A DNA stretch of 64,000 nt from Promethearchaeota archaeon (lineage in GTDB: Archaea; Asgardarchaeota; Lokiarchaeia; Sigyniarchaeales; SOKP01), in the NCBI GenBank assembly GCA_016839705.1, contig JAEOTR010000041.1, forward strand, positions 32,001 through 96,000. The letters are read 5' to 3'. Numbering within the stretch: position 1 is the stretch's first letter; each line of letters starts with the position of its first letter. Under the pieces are notes generated by a model. That model had not been told where the DNA came from and made no database searches. It saw only the letters and a program-made list of their open reading frames with translations. The position numbers were made by a program, and so were the translations under genes. Below, piece after piece: positions 41,196-49,732 of the stretch.

Positions 41196-41684
41196 ATGAG
41201 TGGATCAAAAGATTTTCGTTATCTGATACCTGAAAGTTTATTTCAAGAAATTACCCAAAAGAGCGCAGAAGAGCATCCTATGATTTGTCACGGGTGGCTC
41301 TTTGCAGAGCGTAAAGAAAACTTCGGTATTTGCACTAAATTTATTATGAATACAGATTTACGTAAGACTAAAGCTCACGTTAAGCCAAGAAGCTGGATGA
41401 GATATAAAAAATCAAAGATTTATAATATGCGGAAATTTAAAGAGGAGCTTGGTGTGGACATTGTGTGGCAATGGCACTCTCATCCTAGTGGTAATGAGAA
41501 GCTACACGCTATTGACAAGAGGATATTGAAGTATTTATCAAACGGGGTTATGATAATCGTGATCCCATCAGTTCCAGGGAAAGAACCAGAACAAAAAGCA
41601 CATCTGGTTGGGTGGTACTATGACAAACGGTATACCAAAAAGCCAATCATAGAAAAAATGGTTTTTGAAATAATTTCCGAATAA
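41196..41684 (+). CDS. JAB/MPN (JAMM)-domain protein, atypical
   Basis: WQWHSHP...LHAID; P-x-x-C-x-G-x-L strand lacks the usual Glu. Confidence 0.7.
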   Translation: MSGSKDFRYLIPESLFQEITQKSAEEHPMICHGWLFAERKENFGICTKFIMNTDLRKTKAHVKPRSWMRYKKSKIYNMRKFKEELGVDIVWQWHSHPSGNEKLHAIDKRILKYLSNGVMIIVIPSVPGKEPEQKAHLVGWYYDKRYTKKPIIEKMVFEIISE

Positions 41685-41805
41685 ACAATATTCTTTTTCT
41701 TTTATTTTTTTTGATAAGATGCATGAAATCATATTTTATAATAAAATATTAAAATTTTAAATCGTTATATATACTTACAACTCTACGCTCGGGAAATTAA
41801 ACGAA

Positions 41806-41947
41806 GCTCAGATCATCAATCCTTTAGATTGCTGAAAGAAAGTCGCTTAGCCTGGTAGAGCGCTGGATTGCTAATCCAGTGTCCATCGGATACGTGGGTT
41901 CGAAAAGAAACGCATTTCGCATATTCTTGAAATTCCCACCCTGAGCG
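41806..41947 (+). tRNA. tRNA-Ser(GCT) with two non-canonical introns: 6/7 (41812-41841) and 59/60 (41905-41933)
   Basis: Spliced: GCTCAG|G TC GCTT AGCCTGGTA GAGC G CTGGA TT GCT AA TCCAG, long V arm, GTGGG TTCGAA|T CCCAC CCTGAGC G; TATA-like TTATATA at about 41765. Confidence 0.85.
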
Positions 41948-42148
41948 CTTAAATATTTCGATATATTCAAATCTTCAAGATCAATTTGAAAAATCATCTA
42001 ACCTTCTTTCTTTACGTTTAATAGAATTTGTTAAAAGATCATAAAATAAATTATACTTTTGTGGTAATTTTATGCCTAAATTTTGGAAAAACTCAGTAGC
42101 AAATAAGTCCGACATCAAACGATATTCTAAATAAAAATAACTCAAAGG

Positions 42149-42385
42149 ATGTGGACAAACAAAATTACTGGTAAAACGTCAATTTCATATAAAACTGCTG
42201 TTGCATCAAAAAGTCAGATTTCAAAATTCCTTTCTATAGTGAAGCCCAAAAAGTGGCAATTTAATTGGGAAAGAATAGGTCATAGACTGAAATTAGTCGG
42301 TTCAAATTTTAAAGAAGCACTCAAATATAATAAAGAGAAAACCCTAAGCAATTTTGCTAAAGATGCCTTAAAGGACTTAGAATAG
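42149..42385 (+). pseudogene. Possible C-terminal relic of a LAGLIDADG-type endonuclease
   Basis: YKTAVASKSQISKFLSIVKPKKW resembles the LAGLIDADG C-terminal strand/helix; no intact upstream frame. Confidence 0.35.
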
Positions 42386-42478
42386 TTATATATCATCTAA
42401 ATTCTATATTTAAAAAAATATTAAAATATTGAATGATTATATTATTTCTCTGTGTATTGAGTATATGAGTGTTAACAT

Positions 42479-42614
42479 GGGCCAGTGGTCTAGCGGTTAT
42501 AACAGTAGTTAATTTCTAAAATGTAACAAAGACGTCTCGCTTACACCGAGAAGGTCGGGAGTTCAAAAAGAAATAATAATTCATTATTTCTTGAGAACCT
42601 CTCCTGGCCCACCA
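42479..42614 (+). tRNA. tRNA-Val(TAC) with two non-canonical introns: D-arm (about 42501-42530) and 59/60 (42568-42597); CCA encoded
   Basis: GGGCCAG/CTGGCCC acceptor, TCTCG CT TAC AC CGAGA, GGGAG TTCAAA|C CTCTC; both introns fold with BHB-like geometry. Confidence 0.9.
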
Positions 42615-42624
42615 TTACACTTCT

Positions 42625-43419
42625 CTAATTGAATAATTGTCTAATTCTTTTGGGCCGTAAAGCACTAAATTTACAATTTTCTAGATATGTTCCAATATGA
42701 GAAATTATACCTGGGGCGTTAGAATCCTCCTTTAGTAATACCATATTTTCTAAAAATCCGAATCTTTTAACCGTTATAATGTCTCGGAAGTGACCTTTTC
42801 TAGTTATTGCTTTTTTAAATTGCCCTTTTGTCTCTCCGCTTAAAAAAACAGCTTCAAGGTTTTCGTCTAAAATCTTTTTAAATAAGTCTAGGGTAATTGG
42901 AGCGAGCTCTCCTTGCACTTTTAAGTTTTCTTTGTCGGTTTTAAGAATCTTTACATAAACAGGAAAATGATCTATAAAATCATAAGCTTCAATTATTTGC
43001 TTTAAAGATTTTTCCTTTCCGTGGCATAACTGTTCTCTAAGTGTATGTAAATTTAATAAAACTTCAACTTTGGGGTTCATAAAAGCACAATCGACAAATA
43101 ATCCAAAACCAACTTTCCCTACATCAGTAAAATTACCCTGATAAATTGCACCTTCATCAATGTCTTTAAACTCCTTAATGTTCCCTATTTCTTTTTTCAA
43201 GATATTATACATGAAAACTTCTTCAGGACCACTGATTGAAACTTCGAATCTTTTATCGAAATCTCGTAATTTTTTTATTTCTAAAGAGGTATCAGGAAAT
43301 CCTTTAACACGTTCTTTTAGATATTTTAAATACCTCAGATACACGTCTTCTTTCCGCCCAGCCTTAGGGATATTATAAATTTGGTCAAATAGAACAAGCG
43401 TTTTTACCATGATGAACAC
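42625..43419 (-). CDS. Conserved archaeal protein, DUF2110-like (OB/S1 fold)
   Basis: VSISGPEE, YQGNFTDVGKVGFGLFVD, GHFRDII, APGIISHIG. Confidence 0.7.
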   Translation of the reverse strand: MFIMVKTLVLFDQIYNIPKAGRKEDVYLRYLKYLKERVKGFPDTSLEIKKLRDFDKRFEVSISGPEEVFMYNILKKEIGNIKEFKDIDEGAIYQGNFTDVGKVGFGLFVDCAFMNPKVEVLLNLHTLREQLCHGKEKSLKQIIEAYDFIDHFPVYVKILKTDKENLKVQGELAPITLDLFKKILDENLEAVFLSGETKGQFKKAITRKGHFRDIITVKRFGFLENMVLLKEDSNAPGIISHIGTYLENCKFSALRPKRIRQLFN

Positions 43420-43567
43420 AAAATAGTTGGAAACATATGGAATTTAAGTATTTTAATATATGAGAAGTAAAATACTTTTCTCATCTCATTCAGATTCAGT
43501 TTTTTTGTTTCTAAAAAGACTTAAATTCTAATATTATTATTTTTCAATGTAACCAAAAACAGATTAA

Positions 43568-43957
43568 TTGAAAGATGAAAAAAGTATGGAAGAACAAAGA
43601 TTTCACTCATTAGTCGAAGCTCTAAGAGAGCAGGAAGGAGTTGAAGAAATTTTCCTTTTAAATAGTGAAGGTGAAATAGTTCACAAGTCAGGGGATTTTC
43701 AATTAACTAGTGAAGAAGCAAAACTGATTCTTACTGCCTGGAAGACAAAAGAACCCGCTCTTATATTTCAGGGTCATCGATTCGCAGTTTTAAAAAATGA
43801 CGATATCCAACTTGCTGCTAGAAATGTAGTTGGGGGAAAAGGAAATATTGTGGGTTCAATTACGAGGGAAGGAGATTATCTCGTCGCTCACACTAGAGAT
43901 GAAGGATTGATAATTTTAGAATGGTCAATTTTCATTAATAAAGTCGCTTGGTCATAA
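43568..43957 (+). CDS. Profilin (Asgard-type)
   Basis: About 125 aa: N-terminal helix, IFLLNSEGEI, FQLTSEEAKLI, LIFQGHRFAVLK, GGKGNIV, C-terminal helix, matching the profilin pattern. Confidence 0.75.
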   Translation: MKDEKSMEEQRFHSLVEALREQEGVEEIFLLNSEGEIVHKSGDFQLTSEEAKLILTAWKTKEPALIFQGHRFAVLKNDDIQLAARNVVGGKGNIVGSITREGDYLVAHTRDEGLIILEWSIFINKVAWS

Positions 43958-44194
43958 TTTCCCTAAAAAATAGGATAGATTATTTAAACCTATTCTATAA
44001 TGTTTTTTCATTAAAATTTTCCCCTTTTTTTAAATTATTTGAACAAAATATTTATGGCATAATTTATTACTACTTGTTAACTAAGTAAGTTAAAAAAATA
44101 AAAAAATAATATAAATACAACAAAGTAGTTAGATAAATAAAATCTTTCAGGATTTTATTTGAATATTTAAATGCGTAAAGGAGGTTAAAGAAAA

Positions 44195-44917
44195 ATGTTT
44201 CAACAAGCAGGACGGGGATATGATATGGCTATTACCCAGTTTTCACCTGAAGGGAGACTTTTCCAAGTTGAATATGCCATAGAAGCAGTTCGTCGTGGGA
44301 CAACTGCTGTCGTATGTAGGAATAATCAATCTGTTGCGTTTGCCGTTGAGAAAAAAAGTTCTGAGCTTCAAGAAGTTATTGGCTCGGAAAAAATTTTTAA
44401 GATTGACGACCATATTGGAGTCGCAATCTCAGGGTTGACAGCTGACGCTCGTGTGTTAATCGACCGAGCCAGAATACAAGCCCAGGTTAATCTGTTAAAT
44501 TATGATGAAAAAATATCTGTGAAGGATAGCACGCTAAATATTTGCGAGTATAAACAAGTATTTACCCAGAATGCAGGAGTGCGTCCATTCGGAGTTTCAT
44601 TTCTAATTGCAGGTATTGACGCAGACGGGCCTAAACTTTACTTAACGGATCCCAGTGGTGCTTTTTGGAACTACTTCGCGTTTGCAATTGGTGCTAACGC
44701 AACTGAAGCAAGAGCTTATCTTGAAGAACATTATAATGAAGATATGAGCGATGAAGAATTGAAATTATTGCCCTTAAAAACTTTAAGTGAATTAATGGGC
44801 GATACCTTAAATAAGACCACGTGTGATGTAGCTTTTATATTAAAAGAAGATATGACTTTTAAGTTATTAAGTTTGGATGAAAAGGAAGAGTTGTTAAATA
44901 AGATTTCAACTTCCTAA
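44195..44917 (+). CDS. psmA: Proteasome alpha subunit
   Basis: GYDMAITQFSPEGRLFQVEYA, RPFGVS, TDPSG. Confidence 0.97.
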   Translation: MFQQAGRGYDMAITQFSPEGRLFQVEYAIEAVRRGTTAVVCRNNQSVAFAVEKKSSELQEVIGSEKIFKIDDHIGVAISGLTADARVLIDRARIQAQVNLLNYDEKISVKDSTLNICEYKQVFTQNAGVRPFGVSFLIAGIDADGPKLYLTDPSGAFWNYFAFAIGANATEARAYLEEHYNEDMSDEELKLLPLKTLSELMGDTLNKTTCDVAFILKEDMTFKLLSLDEKEELLNKISTS

Positions 44918-45034
44918 AATTAAATATCAAAATCAAGGTTATAGCTCTTTATATTTATCAATTATCGCAAAGGCAAAAGAAAGAATAGGGTAGAAATCAA
45001 GGATAATTAAGTTATCGTTAAAGGGAGTTATATT

Positions 45035-45838
45035 ATGATCGATCGACCAACTGACCGAGCAAGAATTGATTTAGGCGGGTATATCATCGGAAAGATTGAG
45101 AAATCTGGTAGACGTTTTGAAATGTTATTGGATCCAGAGAAAGCTTGGGAAGCCAAGAAATTAATTCGGGAAGAAATCGAAAATCGTCTAAAAGAGGGAA
45201 AGGATAAATCAAGATTAAGCGTTGACGAAATATTGAACAGTAATAAGATCGATCTGGAACTAATTTTTGAAAGTTTTACGGTATTTGAAGACTTACGGAG
45301 AGGAAAAAAAGCAACAGATGGTGATATGGAAGTTGTTTTTGATACAACAGATGGTAGAAGAATCGCGGGACATATCTTAATCGATGGAGAAATGCATTGG
45401 ACTCAAACTCAAAGAGAAGAGGAGAGAAGTAAGAAATTGAAGCAAATTATTACGATTATTAGTAAAAATGCGATTAATCCTCAGAATAAGAAACCTCATC
45501 CCTATCAAAGAATAGAAAAGGCAATCGAAGAAGGTAATGTTAAAATTGATTTAATGAGGAACGCTGAAGAACAAGTTGATGATGTACTCAAAAGTATTCG
45601 ATCTATCATTCCTATTCGCATGGAACAAGTGGAGATGGCAATAAAACTACCTTCAGCTTTTACCGCAAAGGGTTATAATATCGTAGCTCAATTAGCCCAA
45701 ATTAAGAAAGAAGAATGGCAATCAGATGGCTCTTGGGTTTCTGTTGTTAGTTTACCTGCAGGACTTCAAATGGAATTAATTGATAAATTAAATAAACTCA
45801 CGCATGGGAGAGTTCAAACCAAATTTTTAAAATCCTGA
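45035..45838 (+). CDS. Ribosome maturation protein SBDS/Sdo1
   Basis: GRRFEMLLDP, NAINPQNKKPHPYQRIEKA, KEEWQSDGSW, LNKLTHG. Confidence 0.93.
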   Translation: MIDRPTDRARIDLGGYIIGKIEKSGRRFEMLLDPEKAWEAKKLIREEIENRLKEGKDKSRLSVDEILNSNKIDLELIFESFTVFEDLRRGKKATDGDMEVVFDTTDGRRIAGHILIDGEMHWTQTQREEERSKKLKQIITIISKNAINPQNKKPHPYQRIEKAIEEGNVKIDLMRNAEEQVDDVLKSIRSIIPIRMEQVEMAIKLPSAFTAKGYNIVAQLAQIKKEEWQSDGSWVSVVSLPAGLQMELIDKLNKLTHGRVQTKFLKS

Positions 45839-45922
45839 CCTAAAAACATCTAATTACTTCTCATTATGTTATTTTTTTGCAACAGTTAGGTAAAATAAAG
45901 TAAAAAAAGAGTGTGAGTAATA

Positions 45923-46765
45923 ATGGAGAATGAAACAGATAATGAATCAGATAATGAATCCATCGAATTAGACTCAGAAGATGAGGAATATGAAGAATTT
46001 GCTGACGATGAAGGTTCAAGAGAGGTTGTTGTACCTGGTGAAATCTTGACAGAAGATACAAAAACCTATTTACCGGGAAGAGGAACAATATATAATAATG
46101 ATAGAACGAAAATTATGTCATTAAATATTGGTTTAAAACAAATCACCAAGAACTATATTAATGTAATACCTCTAAGGGGTTTTTACACCCCTAGACCAGG
46201 TGATAAAGTTATAGCTCTTGTGGTAGATAAAAATCCTGTGAAATACAAGTGTGATATCAACGCAAAAGATTTTGGGACTCTTAAACCCAAAAACACAATA
46301 AAGAAAGATAAATCAAGATCTTTCAGAGGAAGTGGAGGGAGTAGAGGAAGAGGAGGCGGAGGCGGCTATAGTCAAGAAGAAGTAAATACTAGTAAATACA
46401 AAATAGGAGATATCTTAATAGTAAAAATCCTATCAGCTGATCGAATCAACAAGCCTGAACTAACAACAGTCGGAAAATACTTAGGGATAAGGAATAATGG
46501 GATTGTGATTTCAATTGATCCACCAAAGATCCCGAGAGTTATTGGTCGTAGTGGTTCGATGATTAAAATGTTAAAGAATTTAACGAAAACTAATATATTT
46601 GTTACCCAAAATGGACGTATTTGGATCAAAGGGGAAGACCTTGCTCATGAAAGACTTTTGATAGAATCAATACATAAGATAGAAGATGAAGCGCACACTG
46701 TGGGTTTAACAGATCGAATAAAAGAATTTATTATGAATGAAAAAAAAATTAGAGGTTTAGAATAA
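45923..46765 (+). CDS. rrp4: Exosome RNA-binding subunit Rrp4
   Basis: VVVPGE, YTPRPGDKVIA, KH motif PRVIGRSGSMI, QNGRIWI, AHTVGLTD. Confidence 0.93.
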   Translation: MENETDNESDNESIELDSEDEEYEEFADDEGSREVVVPGEILTEDTKTYLPGRGTIYNNDRTKIMSLNIGLKQITKNYINVIPLRGFYTPRPGDKVIALVVDKNPVKYKCDINAKDFGTLKPKNTIKKDKSRSFRGSGGSRGRGGGGGYSQEEVNTSKYKIGDILIVKILSADRINKPELTTVGKYLGIRNNGIVISIDPPKIPRVIGRSGSMIKMLKNLTKTNIFVTQNGRIWIKGEDLAHERLLIESIHKIEDEAHTVGLTDRIKEFIMNEKKIRGLE

Positions 46766-47542
46766 ATGCCATTAGTAATAAAAGATGAATATCCTGAGAA
46801 ACTCTTCCGTAAAGATGGAAAAAGGCTCGATGGGAGAGACTTAGACGAATTAAGACCCATCAAGATGGAAGTTGGTGTAATTAAAAATGCAGATGGTTCT
46901 GCGTATTTAGAATGGGGGAATAACAAAGTTTATGCAGCAGTTTATGGACCAAGAGAAGTCCATCCTCATCACTTATCTAAACCAGATCGAGGGATTCTAA
47001 GAGTATTTTATAGGATGGCTACTTTTTCCGTTTTTGACCGAAAAAGACCAGCTCCTGGACGTAGAGAGAAAGAAATATCTATGATTGTATCAGATTGCTT
47101 AGAACCAATTCTATTTCTCGAACTATATCCGGGTACCAGCTTTGAAGTTTTCATTGAAGTAATGGATGCGGATGGCGGAACTAGATGTGCAAGCACTACC
47201 GTAGCAGCCTTAGCTTTAGCTGATGCGGGAATACCCATGAAAAGTTTGGTCTCAGCAATAGCTGTAGGTAAGATTGATGGAAAAAGAGTGGTGGATCTTT
47301 CTGGAATTGAGGATAAAGCCGGTGAAGCAGATTTTCCAATCGCTATTACATGGTATAACGAAGAAATTTCGCTATTACAATTTGATGGGGATATGGATTT
47401 AGATGAAATGAATGATTTCTTAGAAAAAGCAAAGGTAGCCTTAAGTAAAATACATCAAATACAATTGGACACACTAAAAAGTAAATATCTTCTCGCGCAA
47501 GGAGAATTAACAAATGAAAAAGAAATAGAGGGTGAGAACTAA
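46766..47542 (+). CDS. rrp41: Exosome exonuclease Rrp41
   Basis: RLDGRDLDELRP, ADGSAYLEWG, VYGPRE, ADGGTRCA. Confidence 0.96.
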   Translation: MPLVIKDEYPEKLFRKDGKRLDGRDLDELRPIKMEVGVIKNADGSAYLEWGNNKVYAAVYGPREVHPHHLSKPDRGILRVFYRMATFSVFDRKRPAPGRREKEISMIVSDCLEPILFLELYPGTSFEVFIEVMDADGGTRCASTTVAALALADAGIPMKSLVSAIAVGKIDGKRVVDLSGIEDKAGEADFPIAITWYNEEISLLQFDGDMDLDEMNDFLEKAKVALSKIHQIQLDTLKSKYLLAQGELTNEKEIEGEN

Positions 47543-47544
47543 TA

Positions 47545-48372
47545 ATGATGGATGTCAAACGTATTGTCTCGAGAATTGAAAAAAATTATATTACTTCGAA
47601 CTTGAGAAAAGAAGAACGGATTGATGGACGAGGACTCTGGGAGTACCGAAAGTTTGAAGTTAAAAGTGATATTATTGCCTCAGCTGAAGGTTCTGCTGAT
47701 GTGACATTAGGAGATACAAGGATAATTACCGGTTTAAAATACGAAGTCGGTGAACCTTTTCCAGATCTTCCAAATGAAGGTGTTTGCACTATAATGGCGG
47801 AGTTACTTCCATTAGCATCCCCATTGTTTGAAAGAGGACCTCCAGATGAACAATCAATAGAATTAGCACGAGTTGTTGATCGAGGAATCAGGCATGCAGA
47901 TTGTGTTCAAACTAAAAAACTTTGTATTAAAGAGAAGGAAGCAGTTTATATACTTTTTGTTGATATGTACGTATTAAATCATAACGGGAATTTAATTGAT
48001 GCTGGAGCTGTAAGTGCGTTGACTACATTACTTTCTGCACACATTCCTGAAGGGATAATTGGGGATAATGGTCTAGAATGGACAGGTAAATATCTAAAAG
48101 GAAAGGATATAGTTAATGAGTTGCCATTAGCATTAACTTATGGAAAAATTGATGATATAATTTTTCTCGATCCTATGTTACCTGAAGAATTAGTATGTGA
48201 CGGGAGAATGTCAATATCGGTCACAAAAGATAAAATAACTTCAATTCAAAAGAGTGGAACTGCTACATTTTCAATTGATGAGATTAAAATGCTCGGTAAA
48301 AAATCAATTGAAATTGGCCAACAATTAAGAAAACAGTTAAATCTATCCCAGTATCAATCTTCTAATAAATAA
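47545..48372 (+). CDS. rrp42: Exosome subunit Rrp42
   Basis: RIDGRG, AEGSA, GEPFPDLPNEG, ELARVVDRGIR, GNLIDA. Confidence 0.96.
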   Translation: MMDVKRIVSRIEKNYITSNLRKEERIDGRGLWEYRKFEVKSDIIASAEGSADVTLGDTRIITGLKYEVGEPFPDLPNEGVCTIMAELLPLASPLFERGPPDEQSIELARVVDRGIRHADCVQTKKLCIKEKEAVYILFVDMYVLNHNGNLIDAGAVSALTTLLSAHIPEGIIGDNGLEWTGKYLKGKDIVNELPLALTYGKIDDIIFLDPMLPEELVCDGRMSISVTKDKITSIQKSGTATFSIDEIKMLGKKSIEIGQQLRKQLNLSQYQSSNK

Positions 48373-48732
48373 AATAATTTTATTCCTATTTTTTTGTATT
48401 TTTTTTTTGGAAATAATTTTTTTAAGAAAGTTGTTTCGAATTAATATAGTCAGATTAAATGCTTTATTATCAACTTCTAAATAATCATCAATAATCTGGT
48501 TTCAATCTATAAGGAATGACATCTTACTCGACATTTAAGTCAACAAGAATTTAGTTTGATCTTTTAGATCTTTAATATAATTGTTTAATTTGTGTTTATT
48601 TATAAATTTCCTTTAAATGAGATGATTCTTTAAGGTAGAATATATAAAATATCTTGGAAACATATTAAACTGTTTAGAAAAATTTATAGTTTATTCAATA
48701 TTTAAAATTACATCAATTATTAAAAATAAACT

Positions 48733-49029
48733 TTGATTAAATTGGGAAAAACAAAAAAAGTCGGTCCAACGGGAAAGTACGGGGCACGATTTGGGAGCAC
48801 TTTGCGTAAAAGAACTCGCTTAATTTTAGAAAAGATGAAAGGCGATTCTAGATGTCCTAAATGTCTGACTAAAGGAACCACACATAGAATTTCAACAGGA
48901 ATTTGGCATTGTAAAAAATGCGATGCACGATTCACTGGTGGAGCCTATTACATTGAAACCCCTCGTGGTGCTGAATCTTTCCGAATCAGTAAACGCAGGC
49001 AAAGAGAATTAGAAGCAATTGAAGAATAA
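48733..49029 (+). CDS. rpl37ae: 50S ribosomal protein L37Ae (eL43)
   Basis: TKKVGPTGKYGARFG, CPKC, TGIWHCKKC, FTGGAY. Confidence 0.95.
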   Translation: MIKLGKTKKVGPTGKYGARFGSTLRKRTRLILEKMKGDSRCPKCLTKGTTHRISTGIWHCKKCDARFTGGAYYIETPRGAESFRISKRRQRELEAIEE

Positions 49030-49301
49030 TGAGTCAAAACAGAATTTTTTCAATTTCATCATCTATAGAGTTAAAATTTAATAATTCTGAGACACGAGAT
49101 AGATCTTATAACTCATTTATTCCAGATATAAAAAAATTACAAACTAATCGTTCTAAAGTTTTGATGGAGAAAAAAAATTCTAAAATTCTTATTTTTAAGA
49201 TTGAGAGTAATGACATCACAGCTTTTAGAGCATCAGTTAATGAGGTTATAAACTTTGGGAAAATAGTTGATAATGTTGTAAGAATATCAGAAATTTCTTA
49301 A
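49029..49301 (+). CDS. pcc1: KEOPS subunit Pcc1
   Basis: RSKV..IESNDITAFRASVN; conserved operon position. Confidence 0.85.
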   Translation: MSQNRIFSISSSIELKFNNSETRDRSYNSFIPDIKKLQTNRSKVLMEKKNSKILIFKIESNDITAFRASVNEVINFGKIVDNVVRISEIS

Positions 49302-49358
49302 GAAAATAAATACTATCTACAATAATATAATAAATACTGAAAATAGGGAAAAGAAAAT

Positions 49359-49724
49359 ATGACAATTAATCTTGATGATTTAGATGAAGAACAGAAAAAT
49401 AAAATCCAAAATCTGGCTAATTTACAACAAACTTATGAAATTATTGAAACCCAGCGAAGGCAAACAGAATCTCATCTAAGAGAAACAGAATTTGCTATTG
49501 AAGAATTGGAAAAAGTGACTTCTGAGGATACAACAGTATATAAATCCTTAGGTGGAATTCTTGTATTGAGTGATAAGAATAAGTTACTTGATGAGAAAAA
49601 AAGTCTTAAAGTAACTCTTGAAATGAGATTGAAAACATTAGACCAGAAAAAATCAAGATTGGAAAATCAAATAAAAACATTAACTAGTTCAATTCAGAGT
49701 GATCTTCAAAATAAAGACGACTAG
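49359..49724 (+). CDS. pfdB: Prefoldin beta subunit
   Basis: Coiled coil, VYKSLGGILV hairpin, coiled coil. Confidence 0.92.
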   Translation: MTINLDDLDEEQKNKIQNLANLQQTYEIIETQRRQTESHLRETEFAIEELEKVTSEDTTVYKSLGGILVLSDKNKLLDEKKSLKVTLEMRLKTLDQKKSRLENQIKTLTSSIQSDLQNKDD

Positions 49725-49732
49725 CCAACTTT

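Noticed and set aside
41787-41842. Alternative tRNA-Ser 5' exon GCTCGGG with a 49-nt intron
   Set aside because: Gives a G-U pair, no BHB geometry, and is too close to the TATA element; the 41806 start fits better, though this option is not fully excluded
48373-48732. Hidden gene in the rrp42-rpl37ae gap
   Set aside because: T-rich terminator-like and AT-rich sequence with no credible ORF noticed
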